The translations under genes were made by a program, and so were the position numbers. Below, one piece after another: positions 21,148 through 32,600 of a stretch of 64,000 bases of DNA. Source of the DNA: an uncultured virus (IMG/VR IMGVR_UViG_3300002097_000869) (Duplodnaviria; Heunggongvirae; Uroviricota; Caudoviricetes); the IMG/VR virus record IMGVR_UViG_3300002097_000869, positions 1 through 64,000 of that record. One strand, written 5' to 3'. How positions within the stretch are numbered: the first letter of the stretch is position 1; every line of letters begins with the position of its first letter. Below the pieces are notes generated by a model that ran no database searches, had not been told where the DNA came from, and was given only the letters and a program-made list of their open reading frames with translations.

Positions 21148-24100
21148 TGGTAAGCCAAACAGGTTATAACATAGTAAAGGAAGGAGACTTATATAATTCA
21201 GAGATTGCTACGTATTTTGTCTCTGTTTCTGGCTTAAGGTTTCTCTATGTTAACCCATCAGAGGCGGTTTCGTTTGTAGTACCACAGGGCCGCGTATCCT
21301 CTTTAGACATAGTTTTTGGGGAATACTTTGATATAGACAATATAAAATGTTACCTTTCTCCAATAAACTTGGGGGATATTAGTATAAGCTATGGCATCGA
21401 GTCTCCTTTAGAAAGCAGTGCTACAATATCTTCGTCCGGTACTTTTATTTATGCAGATATAAAAAACGCCGTTGGTTTTTGTAGGATAACGTGCTCGGGT
21501 TCTGTTGACACCTCTGTTAGTAGCTTATTTGTTGAGGGTGTTCGTAACGAGTCTATGTATTTTGGTGTTCAGAATGCCCCTATCAGTATAACTAGTATAG
21601 GAAATTCCCCTATTGGGTATTATGGTTCTGCTTCTGAGATTTCTATATATAATAAAGATAAGGCGTCCTCAAAGGCCCTGGTAGCCGTTGCTCCTACAGG
21701 GACCTATATAGATGAGTATTTGTATTTGGGGACTACCTCTTCTGGTCAGTTCTATGGTATAAACCAGCTGGGTATAACACAGCCTTCTTTTGATAAAATA
21801 TTGACTACTCAGGATAGTTTCGTCTATTCCGACGAGTCAGGCCTTGTGAATTTGTGGGACATTGTTTCCACCTCCAGCTCGTATTTTACTGTAAATTCCG
21901 ACAGCCTGTCTTTTGTGGCTTCTTTTATTAATGCCGATATACATGTGGCCAGGCCAGCTCATGGGTATAATGAGTCTAGTGTCTTAGGTTTAGTATGTAA
22001 GGATACTTTTACTACAGATCAAAGTTTTGTTGCCTCATTAAAGATAAAATTTACTGATTCTTCTTTCGATTCTTATGATAAGTCTTGGGTTTATAAACCT
22101 AATAAATTTTTATTTGGTTTTACTAATAGCTTTCCTATTCAGGAGCCCTTGCTATCCTACTCGTCTTTAGACCAGGGGTCGTATTCTAGACAGGGAGGAA
22201 GTTTAGCCGCTGTTTGGGTTGGTGCTGACAATAAAGAGCAGGGTACCCTATATGTTGGCGCGGCTGCTAATGATGGGGATTTTTCTAGTAATAATATACT
22301 TAGTTCTTTTGATGAAGTAAGAACTGTTCATAATGGTCACAGTATACTCTCTGCCTATAGTTTGGAAAGTATTTCTGAGTTTGTTCTTTATGAAGAAAAT
22401 TATACAGACGGAACTTTGCAGGCTCCGTGGAGGACATTGAAGGTTTCGTATGATCACCTTAGTGGCAAGGCAGTGTTCTTGTTCGACGGGGTTATTGTTG
22501 GGGAATATGTTTTTAGTTCCGGGTCTTTTTTTGAGGGTAGTAGGTTTTTCTTGTCTTTCGTGGGGTTTGGGGGTGCAGAAGTAGCGGTGAAGGATTTTTT
22601 TGTAAGCGTGGATGAGTACTTAACCTTGTATTCAAACCAGTCCTCTGCTACTGCCTATGGTTCTAAAGATAGCACACAACTACCGTACAAACTTGTGGAT
22701 GGTTTTTATGACAATAGTAACTATAGCTCTGCTTGGGTTTCCTCTACGGTGCCCTCTCCTGCCAATTCTTTTTCTGTGTATTTTGGTGGTGTGTATAATG
22801 TAGAGGCTGTACGAATAAAGAGGGCCTCTGAAGGTAGCACCATTACTATTTCAGGCCTTTCTTCTTATACTCCTACGTCATCTGTAAAAACTTTGCAACT
22901 TAATTTTGACACAGGGGACCAGCGATACGTTTCTTTTAATAAGGAACCTTTTCTTATTGACGGGTGGGATATTGGTTATATGTATACAGTGTTCGGGGAA
23001 AGGTCTCCTGTTTTGGGGGCCTCATCTGTTACTGCTAATTTTTATCAGGTTAATAGCCTAAGTGGTAATACTGGGTGTTTAGTTATAGACGAAGTAGAGT
23101 TTTTTACTGTTTCCGGTATTAGGTCGCTTCCATCTAGTAGTTATATAGATGATAGTTATGGTTTTTTTTCCGGCCAAAAAAGAAATCTGTCTAAAACTTC
23201 TACCTCTCCAACTATGGTTATGGTAAGTAAAGATTTATACGATGTGTCTACTAATGAAATGTGCCATTTATTATTGGAGAATCGAGATTACGGGGGATCT
23301 TCTTTGGTATTTAACAATGACGACCCTTGGAAATATATAAATAGGACCTATGCAGAGTCTGTATTTAAGCGTGATGGAAGGGGCAGTGAGTGGGTGTTTT
23401 GTAGTGTAGAGGGCAATACAGCTTATATATGGAGACAGTTTGAGGAAGTTGTAGATTTAGGGGCCTTTTTTGTTAATTTTGTAAACTCTTCTAGTGATTA
23501 TGGGTTGGGGTTTTCTGGAAGGCCCGATAGTTGGAAACTACAGTTTTTAAGAATAGGAGGTGACCCGCTAACAGATAGTGACTGGATTAACATACCACCA
23601 GTTTCGACTTCGTATCACAGTGTCTCTGATTACAAAACCTATAGGGATAGGTTAGTTTCTAATAATGACGGAGAATACTATACTCTGTATTTGAACGCAT
23701 TTGATGGTCTTGGCACAAGTGTGTCCCTTCCTTCGGATTTATTGTGTCGTCTTAATAGGGATAATAAGCAGACGTATTTATATAGTACAAGCGCAGAATT
23801 TTCTGCTTACGTCGAGTTTGATAGTGAGATAAGAACACAAGGTATTAGATTGTATATATCATATGGTTACACAACGACCAGCAGGGCAGTAGTTGCTTCG
23901 GGTTATTCTATGACAGGGTTTGTGGTTTATAGTAGCATGGCTGTTGGTTCGTATACGTCCCCTATTTTTGATTTGGGTGGTAAACAAAATACGGAGAGGG
24001 TATTTGTTGATACTGTGCACAACGAAGGTAGCTCCTATATAATGTATAGGGCGGGGCCTGTTCCTCCAGAGTATAGTTATGATCCCAACTATGAGGAGTG

Positions 24101-26279
24101 GGAGGACCTGGGCTCTTCGTATGCCGGACTTTCTGAGTACTCTTCGGATCCTCTACGAGACGGCTTTGCTATGGTTTCTTATGGTAATTATATTTGTTTT
24201 ATTGGTTGTACTAGCCCAGACGGTGAGGTGTATAGATATAATACCATTACTAAAAAGTGGGGAGTCGGTTTTTATATGCCAGAGGATGGTGGCGGCGTTG
24301 TATTGTCCCCTGATTTTAGAACAAGGAACAGTGTTGTTAACACAGGTTCCGTTATTCTTATGGCGGAAGGAACCGATGGTGGAGAGGGACTATATACTTC
24401 AGGTATTTATAAGTATAATCTAGTAGCTAATGAGTATGGGTATGATGGTTGGGAAGCTTTTCCTTCTCAACGTCAGGCCTCTGCATATTATGCGGGAATG
24501 GCCTATGACGGGGCTAACAAGTTGTATTTTGTTGGTAGGGATGGTACTATTACTGTTTTTGATAGTCTTACTGGTGTAATAAATACAGAAGGAAGAGCAG
24601 AGGCGCCTCTTCATGGCCTTTCTTCTAGGGACTATTTTATACCAACTATTGTGGAAAATAGGCTGTTTGTTATAGGAGGCCATGCAGTAGGGTCTAGTGA
24701 CTACTCTGATTCAGTAGCGACTGTAGATATTTATGATATCACAAATAACACTTGGTCTGAGGGTACGTCTGCTCCCTATAAACTCCCAACTTCTTGGTGT
24801 ATTTTTTATAGTCCATATATATATGTTTTTCCATACGCACCTATGGGTTCTCACTATAGCCCGTTCCTTAAATATGATATCTACGCGGACGAATGGACGG
24901 AGGTTGTTTCGTTGGGGTATAATCGTGCCACCCAGTTTCTTTATAATAATGACGTGGTTGTTGGAAATAATCATTCACACGCATACTGTCTTTGTGGGGA
25001 CTATATATATGGCTACAACTCTTTGTACGGGGATTTTAGAAGAGTAAAGGTTGGAAAGGAGGGGTGGGTTTCAGGGAAATTGCCGGATAAGGACTCTCAT
25101 GAGTGGGGTGTTTTGGGTGGTATTCCTTGGGTAGAGTGTGCTATCAGTGGCGAAGTTATGCCTCAGGATAGGTATGCTCAATATAAAGCAGTGTTATCTT
25201 GTGAAGAGGGGTTACCAGGACCCTCCCTTAGATCTTCGTGTATTGTTAAGCCTCTTTCTATTGACGTTTCTATTAGTGGTACCACGAGTGTATTTGTAAA
25301 AACCGGAGTGTCCACTGAGTATGATGCAGAGGTTTGGTATGCTGGTAAGAGGTATAGGGACGTTGGTAGCACTACTGTATATTCCTCAATAATTTATGGT
25401 ATTACTTCTGATAGTTTATCTATCAGTTCTTCTGTTCCTTGCGTAGATATACATACAGATACTATTTCTGGGGTTTTTTGTTATTTTGATCCTTGTGTTG
25501 TAAAAGAGGGGGACGATTATACTATGTGGGCTTCTCATGGTTTAGTAAACGGGGTAGCCACTATTTCCTATTCTAATATACATGTAATGTCTTCTGTGGT
25601 TGGGTACGAATGGTCTTCTCCTGTACATAGTATAGGAAGAGGTACTTTATCTCCGTATGATAGTAGCGGTGTTTATGGCCCCCACGTTGTGCACAATGAT
25701 ATATATGAGGTGTGGTATACGGCCCTTGATTCTTTGGGTGTAGAAAGGGTGCTAAGAGCCACTAGTATCGACGGTGTAAACTGGTATAATTTTTCACTGG
25801 TTCAGGATATTGGTACGGTAGGGCTTCAATATGAAGCAGACTCTAATGGCGCAGGCTCTCCTTCCGTTATTCTTTTGGAAAGCATATATCATATGTGGTA
25901 TCATGGTAAGGATGTTTACGGGGTATACAGAATTATACATTGTGTTTCTTCAGATGGGGTGCTTTGGGGTGACCATGAGGTGGTTATGGTTCCAACAAGT
26001 ATGGGTACATTGTATACGTACTGTATGAGTCCAAGGGTTGTATACGATAGGGGTGTGTATAAGATGTGGGTTATAGCTGGAAATGAGGGCAACAAAAGCG
26101 TGTATTATGGTGAGTCGGATGAGGGTTCTAGTTGGGGCAGTTTTATTTGTAGCATTCATAAGGGGGAGAACTATGACTACGACAACTTAGGGGTTGGTAC
26201 CCCGTCTGTGACATTAAATAGACTATATGAGACACCAAATAGGGTTCTTTTTGGTAAGTTGAAGTTGTACAATGACTAA
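21147..26279 (+). CDS. Large putative tail/adsorption protein (1710 aa) with Kelch repeats and a C-terminal five-bladed beta-propeller (GH32/GH43/GH130-like fold)
   Basis: Kelch: LFVIGG...VDIYDITNNTWSEG, KYDIYADEWTEV. Propeller blades: DPCVVKEGDDYTMW, GPHVVHNDIYEVWY...SIDGVNW, SPSVILLESIYHMWY...SSDGVLW, SPRVVYDRGVYKMW...SDEGSSW. Confidence 0.6.
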   Translation: MVSQTGYNIVKEGDLYNSEIATYFVSVSGLRFLYVNPSEAVSFVVPQGRVSSLDIVFGEYFDIDNIKCYLSPINLGDISISYGIESPLESSATISSSGTFIYADIKNAVGFCRITCSGSVDTSVSSLFVEGVRNESMYFGVQNAPISITSIGNSPIGYYGSASEISIYNKDKASSKALVAVAPTGTYIDEYLYLGTTSSGQFYGINQLGITQPSFDKILTTQDSFVYSDESGLVNLWDIVSTSSSYFTVNSDSLSFVASFINADIHVARPAHGYNESSVLGLVCKDTFTTDQSFVASLKIKFTDSSFDSYDKSWVYKPNKFLFGFTNSFPIQEPLLSYSSLDQGSYSRQGGSLAAVWVGADNKEQGTLYVGAAANDGDFSSNNILSSFDEVRTVHNGHSILSAYSLESISEFVLYEENYTDGTLQAPWRTLKVSYDHLSGKAVFLFDGVIVGEYVFSSGSFFEGSRFFLSFVGFGGAEVAVKDFFVSVDEYLTLYSNQSSATAYGSKDSTQLPYKLVDGFYDNSNYSSAWVSSTVPSPANSFSVYFGGVYNVEAVRIKRASEGSTITISGLSSYTPTSSVKTLQLNFDTGDQRYVSFNKEPFLIDGWDIGYMYTVFGERSPVLGASSVTANFYQVNSLSGNTGCLVIDEVEFFTVSGIRSLPSSSYIDDSYGFFSGQKRNLSKTSTSPTMVMVSKDLYDVSTNEMCHLLLENRDYGGSSLVFNNDDPWKYINRTYAESVFKRDGRGSEWVFCSVEGNTAYIWRQFEEVVDLGAFFVNFVNSSSDYGLGFSGRPDSWKLQFLRIGGDPLTDSDWINIPPVSTSYHSVSDYKTYRDRLVSNNDGEYYTLYLNAFDGLGTSVSLPSDLLCRLNRDNKQTYLYSTSAEFSAYVEFDSEIRTQGIRLYISYGYTTTSRAVVASGYSMTGFVVYSSMAVGSYTSPIFDLGGKQNTERVFVDTVHNEGSSYIMYRAGPVPPEYSYDPNYEEWEDLGSSYAGLSEYSSDPLRDGFAMVSYGNYICFIGCTSPDGEVYRYNTITKKWGVGFYMPEDGGGVVLSPDFRTRNSVVNTGSVILMAEGTDGGEGLYTSGIYKYNLVANEYGYDGWEAFPSQRQASAYYAGMAYDGANKLYFVGRDGTITVFDSLTGVINTEGRAEAPLHGLSSRDYFIPTIVENRLFVIGGHAVGSSDYSDSVATVDIYDITNNTWSEGTSAPYKLPTSWCIFYSPYIYVFPYAPMGSHYSPFLKYDIYADEWTEVVSLGYNRATQFLYNNDVVVGNNHSHAYCLCGDYIYGYNSLYGDFRRVKVGKEGWVSGKLPDKDSHEWGVLGGIPWVECAISGEVMPQDRYAQYKAVLSCEEGLPGPSLRSSCIVKPLSIDVSISGTTSVFVKTGVSTEYDAEVWYAGKRYRDVGSTTVYSSIIYGITSDSLSISSSVPCVDIHTDTISGVFCYFDPCVVKEGDDYTMWASHGLVNGVATISYSNIHVMSSVVGYEWSSPVHSIGRGTLSPYDSSGVYGPHVVHNDIYEVWYTALDSLGVERVLRATSIDGVNWYNFSLVQDIGTVGLQYEADSNGAGSPSVILLESIYHMWYHGKDVYGVYRIIHCVSSDGVLWGDHEVVMVPTSMGTLYTYCMSPRVVYDRGVYKMWVIAGNEGNKSVYYGESDEGSSWGSFICSIHKGENYDYDNLGVGTPSVTLNRLYETPNRVLFGKLKLYND

Positions 26280-28491
26280 TCGGCTATATGATACCTCATA
26301 CGTAGATGGCAGGGGTAACCAGGTGGTGTGGTCTAACGATACTAAGTTAGTGTCCTACTATAGCTGTGAGGGAGAGTCGTGGGATATTTATGGGGGTACC
26401 TCTTCAAGTTGGTACTTAGAAAATTATAGGCCTACCGATTTTTTCTATTCTACAGATTTGGCAGATGATAAGTGGTCATATTTTTCTTATAGAGGTACTA
26501 TTTCTGGGTCTGTTTCTAGTGGTTTGACTTTGGGTACTTATGGAAAAGAGGTTAGAGGAGGTGTGACTTCCTACGGAAAGTGGACTCTTTCAGGAATATT
26601 TGATATAAGACTTTACATTGATGAAAATTCTTATTATAATGAATATAGGAGTAATGTAGCTGTTGGTCTATCTGTTTCTAAGGATAGTTCTTATAAATAT
26701 AGGGTGTCTAAGTATTTTGATGGGTCTTCTATAGGAGCTATGTCTCATTATGTAGAGGGTAAAGAACTAAAATATTACTCTTGGTTCAACAACGGTTCTT
26801 TTGTTTCTACTGAGGCTGATTCAAGTGTATCTTGTTTGAGGATCGTTCGTGATGCCTCGGGGGTGTCCTCCTATGTAGATTACGGGGGCGGTTTCGTACA
26901 GGTCGGTAGCACGGTATCTGGGTTATGCTGGGAGAAGCCTTTGTATGTGGAGTTGGAGTTGGAGGCTGAGCAGGCTAATACAGTAGTGTGTAGGGTTGAG
27001 GGGGTGTCTATAAGCGGGTCCGTTATCCCCTCAACTATGTTTTCCTCAAAAATACGTGGGGTTACACAGTCTTTTCCTGGTGAGACTATTTTTGTTGTTG
27101 ATTCTTTGGGCTTATCTGTGGTGGACTTGTCAGACTCCTCCCTTTGGATGAGGTTTGATTTGGATAGCGGCGCTATGTTTAGAGACGTTGATTGTAAAAT
27201 TTCGGCGGGGGAAGGAAAAATTTATTATACTTCCACACAAGGACTTAATTGCATAGATTTTTCAAATGATACTTTTTATAGGTATATAAAAGGAAAGAAA
27301 CAAACTAGTAGTTATTGTATAGTAGAAAGAAATTTTGATACAATTTTGTACGATTCTATTAGTATGGATTTGCTTCCAGACAATCAGGTTAACGACGTAT
27401 TTTTTAGGAAGTTTAATGGTACAGACTATTTAGCGGTCACTACTGTTAGTGGTTTGGATATACTAGTAGATGATTTTTCAGTATATAGTAGTTTAAATAG
27501 AAATGAAAATATATCAAATGTTTTTATTTCCCCCGCTGGGAAATTATTGTGGTCTTCTTATAGCCAGGACTCCAATACAGGAAAACTCTATGCTTTAGAT
27601 GACATATCTGCTATACTTACTGGTGGTGGGGTGTTCAATTATTCAGTTTTTTATGATTCTGATACTACCCCTATTTCCCTATCTTCTGAGAAAATAAATT
27701 CTATATTCTGTTCTATTGAGGGGGAGATAGTTTTAGCAAATGAGTTTGGAATAGATTATATAAATAATAGTGGGTCAGTTTCTTTTGGCCCAATTAACTC
27801 TATTAATCCCTTAAGCAGCCCTTCTTTTGAATCGTTTTTAGGGGTTGATTGGCACTTGCTTTACTCTTCTGTTTTACCAAAGCCCCTGGTTTCCGTTTCT
27901 AGGTCTTCTTCTTGGAAAACTAATGGTAGTTATAGCTTAAAGCTTTCTTCTATTAGTGGCGGTTACTATGTTTCTAATTATAGTGGTGGTGTTTATCAAC
28001 AGGTAGATTTTTCATTAATAGATAAATTATATTTCGATATTAAGGTTGTGAATACTACTGGTATTACCTCTAATATAGGGGTGTTTGAGGTTCTTTGTGG
28101 TGGGTCTGTTTTATTGTCTGTTAATAGTATAGAAGGCTCCTTTATAAAGTATAATTATTCGATAGATTGTTCTTCTATTAATTCTGTAGGTCAGCTGGTA
28201 TTTAGACTTAGATATCTTACTTCTATTGCAGGTGTTGGGGAACTTTCTTATTATGTTGATAACGTAAGGGTATTTATAAAGGAACCAGACTATAATATAA
28301 TACCAACTAGAACACATGAGGTTTTATCTGCAACTTTATTTGAAGCTTTAGGCCAGAAAAAGATATATTTTTCTTGTAAAGATGGTTACGGAGCAATAGA
28401 TGTAGATACAAATACGCTAGACTACTACACATATATTAATGATTTTGTACAGGGTGGTATTATAAATAAAGCTGAGTATGCTATAGGATAA
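26272..28491 (+). CDS. Putative virion protein (739 aa), partial paralog of 29632-35805
   Basis: Shares RG.T..FP...VVD..GLSV....LWMRF...GL..IDF...YRY and YQ.VD...ID..Y.D with the 2057-aa protein. Confidence 0.55.
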   Translation: MTNRLYDTSYVDGRGNQVVWSNDTKLVSYYSCEGESWDIYGGTSSSWYLENYRPTDFFYSTDLADDKWSYFSYRGTISGSVSSGLTLGTYGKEVRGGVTSYGKWTLSGIFDIRLYIDENSYYNEYRSNVAVGLSVSKDSSYKYRVSKYFDGSSIGAMSHYVEGKELKYYSWFNNGSFVSTEADSSVSCLRIVRDASGVSSYVDYGGGFVQVGSTVSGLCWEKPLYVELELEAEQANTVVCRVEGVSISGSVIPSTMFSSKIRGVTQSFPGETIFVVDSLGLSVVDLSDSSLWMRFDLDSGAMFRDVDCKISAGEGKIYYTSTQGLNCIDFSNDTFYRYIKGKKQTSSYCIVERNFDTILYDSISMDLLPDNQVNDVFFRKFNGTDYLAVTTVSGLDILVDDFSVYSSLNRNENISNVFISPAGKLLWSSYSQDSNTGKLYALDDISAILTGGGVFNYSVFYDSDTTPISLSSEKINSIFCSIEGEIVLANEFGIDYINNSGSVSFGPINSINPLSSPSFESFLGVDWHLLYSSVLPKPLVSVSRSSSWKTNGSYSLKLSSISGGYYVSNYSGGVYQQVDFSLIDKLYFDIKVVNTTGITSNIGVFEVLCGGSVLLSVNSIEGSFIKYNYSIDCSSINSVGQLVFRLRYLTSIAGVGELSYYVDNVRVFIKEPDYNIIPTRTHEVLSATLFEALGQKKIYFSCKDGYGAIDVDTNTLDYYTYINDFVQGGIINKAEYAIG

Positions 28492-28493
28492 CA

Positions 28494-29624
28494 ATGTCTT
28501 ATACACTTACAGGAAACATAACAGGGATTTTAGGTATTACTAATATTGTTTCTAGTGATTTAACTTATATGTCCGATGGCGATAAGTATGTTAACGGGCC
28601 CACGATTTCTGTAGGAGAGACAGCGGAATTTATTATAGATTTGTATAATAGGTATTATACGTTGGGGGTGTATTATTATTATAGTGGTGGGGGTGTGGTT
28701 TCTATGTATGTTGAGGAGTCTTTTGGTTATTGGGTACAAGTTTTTCCGTCTGTTATTCTTGGTGGTTTATTTATTGGTCTTACGGGTGTTTATCCTAAAA
28801 GAGTAAAGGTTGTGCACTTGGCTTCTTTGAGTCTTGTTACTGCACATGAGTTACAAATATATAATAAAGATACTCTACTGGTTTTTGATTTTGATAAGGT
28901 AGCTTTAGATTCAAGTGGTGTTTTAGATACTATGGTTTCTGTATATAATAGTAGCACTGGTGTTAAAGATATAAATGTATTTGTTTCTGAGGGGAGCGGG
29001 GTAGAAAGTGTAGCCCTTTCTTATTCTGGGTCCGGCCCCTATTATTTTAGATATGAAAAGGGTTTAATACTACCCGGGGCTTTTTCTTGGGATAGTGGGA
29101 GACATATTAATACTGTGGTTAGTGGCACAAACCTTACTATTTCAGGGGTCTCTGTTAGTGGTACCTACTATAGCCCTGTTGTTGATTTGTATGGCTATAG
29201 TGGATACAGGGTTTTTTGGGATGAATTTTTACCAGACGGTGATTTTATAGGTTTTATAGATAACAGTGGAAGCGAGAGGTGTATTGGGGTTAGGTCTTCA
29301 TATATTGCTCCAGTAGAGGGTTGGTCTAGTGGGTCGTTGGCTTCTGAGTCAGACCCGTTTTGGAGCATTGCGGATGGGTCTCTAAATTTTTTGGCGGCGC
29401 CGAAAGAGATCATAATAGCAGATGATATAAATAGGTATTCCCAATTTTGTATAACAATTACAGGATCAATAACGAACAAACCATATATAAAAAAGGCAGG
29501 TTTTGAAACACCCATAACGATATCTGGTGTTCAACCAAGCACTTATGCAAATATATATATTCGTAATAATGAAGATACCTCTGGAAAAACAGCTGGTATC
29601 ATAACATGGTATACAGAACAATAG
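28494..29624 (+). CDS. Putative virion protein (376 aa), related to a module of 21147-26279
   Basis: GTYYSPVVDL vs GSYTSPIFDL; RYSQFCITI vs RYAQYKAVL. Confidence 0.5.
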   Translation: MSYTLTGNITGILGITNIVSSDLTYMSDGDKYVNGPTISVGETAEFIIDLYNRYYTLGVYYYYSGGGVVSMYVEESFGYWVQVFPSVILGGLFIGLTGVYPKRVKVVHLASLSLVTAHELQIYNKDTLLVFDFDKVALDSSGVLDTMVSVYNSSTGVKDINVFVSEGSGVESVALSYSGSGPYYFRYEKGLILPGAFSWDSGRHINTVVSGTNLTISGVSVSGTYYSPVVDLYGYSGYRVFWDEFLPDGDFIGFIDNSGSERCIGVRSSYIAPVEGWSSGSLASESDPFWSIADGSLNFLAAPKEIIIADDINRYSQFCITITGSITNKPYIKKAGFETPITISGVQPSTYANIYIRNNEDTSGKTAGIITWYTEQ

Positions 29625-29631
29625 GTACTCA

Positions 29632-32600
29632 ATGTCAAGTTTAGACACTATTTTAAATATAGATTCTACCTATACAGATATTAACGGTAATTACATCCTT
29701 AATTCCGATGTAGTCACTTCTGTCTCAAACTATAATTCTACTGTTACTGGTACAGAAAATGCATGGGACCATAAATGGAATGTAGCTAGTCCTTTTATAA
29801 ATAGTAGTTTTTCTTTACCAACCAGTGGTACTTGGACTTATGGCACGGATGATTCTGCTACTCCGTATAAACACAATTTTTTTAGGATGCCATGGATAGG
29901 CGAGACAGATTTGTTATCAGGTAAGTCTGTCACAAGTAGTGGGTATTCAGGGAGTTTTGATGCTCCTAACTTAGTAGTTTTTAATAGTGCTAATGGTTGG
30001 TGGACTGCAAATAAGACTGAGTATGTTAATGCGGTTATAGTAGACATGGGGGTTGTAAGTAGTATATCTCATATTTGTGTTATACCTGGGTTTGGTACAG
30101 ATTATACAAATTGGGTTAAGAACTATAGGGTGGGAGTATCTAATACTATTAATTATTGGGATTTTGAAATAGTAGCCAGCGGTATTACTACTAGTGGGGT
30201 TTTAGAGCCAATACAGGTGTTTCTGGGTGAAGATAGCACTCGGTATGTTAAGTTTTACGCAGATACAAATTGGGGGGGTGCTTCCTATATTTCTGTTGGA
30301 AAGTTACATGCTTATGACAATCCTACCTGGGGGGTGTTTGGGTATAAAGAGAAGGACCAAGTTGATGGTAGTTATGCTTTAATGTACCAATCTGTAGATT
30401 TAACAGAAATTGACACTGTTTATATTGATTTATTGTCTTTGATGTCAAGTGCAATACAAGATGGTACAATTTCTTTTTATGTAGATTCCAATCAAGTGGG
30501 CAGTACCCTTAGTTACTCTTCTACATTAGCTTGGGTGGATTCGGAAGATGGAAATAGGTGGAAGTATAGAGAATATCCAGTCGATGTTTCTGCTTATAGT
30601 GGGATTAGACAGTTTAAGGTTCAATTTAACACAACCAGGTCTGATAACACTAGGGCTTATTTTTATTTTTCCGCTTCAAATTTAGCTACTATGCCACGAT
30701 GGTTTTATGAGGGGGTATCTGGTGTCAGGGGTTTGACCGCAGAGTTTCCTACTCAGGTGTATGTTGTTGTTGATACCGAGGGTTTGTCCGTAATAAATGC
30801 GGCCGACAACACATTATGGATGAGGTTTTTGATTGGGTATGGCTATGCATTGGGGGAGGCTCCTGTTTCTGTGTGTGCTAGTAACGGTAAAGTTTGGGCT
30901 GCTACTAGTAAGGGGTTATATAGAATAGATTTCATTGATAACAGAGTTTATCGGTATAATAGTGCTGGTGTTTATTATAGGCCATCAATAGCTGCCAGAA
31001 ATGAATATTCAAAGTGGTTTTTGTTAAATACAGATGTAGCTACTCCCTCGGACTTTATAAGGTGTGTTGCTTGTGGCACCTATTTAGGCGACGAGTTTAT
31101 TATAGCAGGTACTTCTGATGGTTTGTATTTTTTGAAGGACCCTTTTATAGGGGTGTCAGGGGCGTATAATTCTGTATATAAATGGAATATAAATAGTGTC
31201 TCAATAAATAATGGCAAGGTTGCTGTCTCTGTTGATGGTGGAACAAGTTCTAGGATTATTTACTATGATAGTATAGCCGCCTTATTGTCAGAAAATTTTG
31301 TTGTTGGTAATGAGGTTTTTTCTAACGATAGTCTGCCTATAAATTTTAGTCTTTCCGGGTCTTTACCTGAACAATTGTCTTCTATACGGTGTGGTGAGTT
31401 AGAGTTTTTACCTAATGGCGCCCATTTTACCGTTTCAGGTACCAAGGTTTTACCTGGTTCTGTCAGTTTGGTTTCAAACAGGTATCCTTCTAGACCCTTT
31501 GATTTGTACGCTGACGTAAGGATAGATGACTGGGTAAGTCGTTGTGGAGGGGGTTTACATTTAGGGGCAGGTACTGGGTGGCCCTATTCGTTAGATTCTT
31601 ATTATAGTGGGCATAGAAATAGCTATTCAGTTTCAGCGTCCAACTTAACATTCATGCCTGTTATACAAAATGACCCCTTGGTAGATAATATATATGACAG
31701 GTGGTCAAAAAATATTTCTACTAATACTACCTCTATGTTGTTGTCTGTTAGCGGTACTAGGTTTTATGGTTACACTTCAAGTAGCAGTACGGGTTCTCAA
31801 TATGGCCCCCTTGTTGGTAGTTATCTTTCCCTAGCTAGTCCTTCGTCGTTTACTGCTAGGGTAAAGGTTTGTATCAATAGTATGCCAACAGGAATTACTG
31901 CTGGTAGGTTTAAATCTGTATTGTTTGGTGTCAGTAATGGTAGCGGTGGTTCTACAAGTACGGTTTCTACTGCCATGGCTTTTACTTATCACACTTCTGA
32001 TATAAATCCTGCTGCTTATAATACTATAGCTCAATCGGCTATAAATACGTGGACTCCGAATACCATCAATACTGTGGCGGCTTTTTCTGGGGATGGTACT
32101 GGTGCTGCAGTTTTTCATCAATGGGAATTTACTTATAACAGTTCTACTGGTTTATTTTCTTGTAGTGTTGATGGTACACATATAAGAACATTTACAAATT
32201 CTGTTGGTTCTAATGTTTATATTGTGTTTGGATTTAAAGAGAGTGATAATTCTGTCCAAAATGTATCTTCTTATTTTAAAGATTTTGAGATAGATTTTGG
32301 TTATCCATCAGACAACATTAGTAGAAAATATATACTAGCCACTCATAATTCTGCCGGCGGGATTAAACCCACGGTTAGTGGTGGTACGCATCTAGATGGT
32401 GTACAATTTGATACCATAGACGGTACCGCTCTAGCGGAATGGCGAACTTGGCGACTTTCTTATGACGGTAGTAATGTTTCTAGTTATGTAGATGGAGCTT
32501 TGGTGGGGGGCCCTACGGGAGTTTCTTTTGGTAGTTTTGTAAACTTTTTCGTTGGTTATGACATGCCGGTTACTGTTAGTGGCATATCTTCCGTCTGTTT

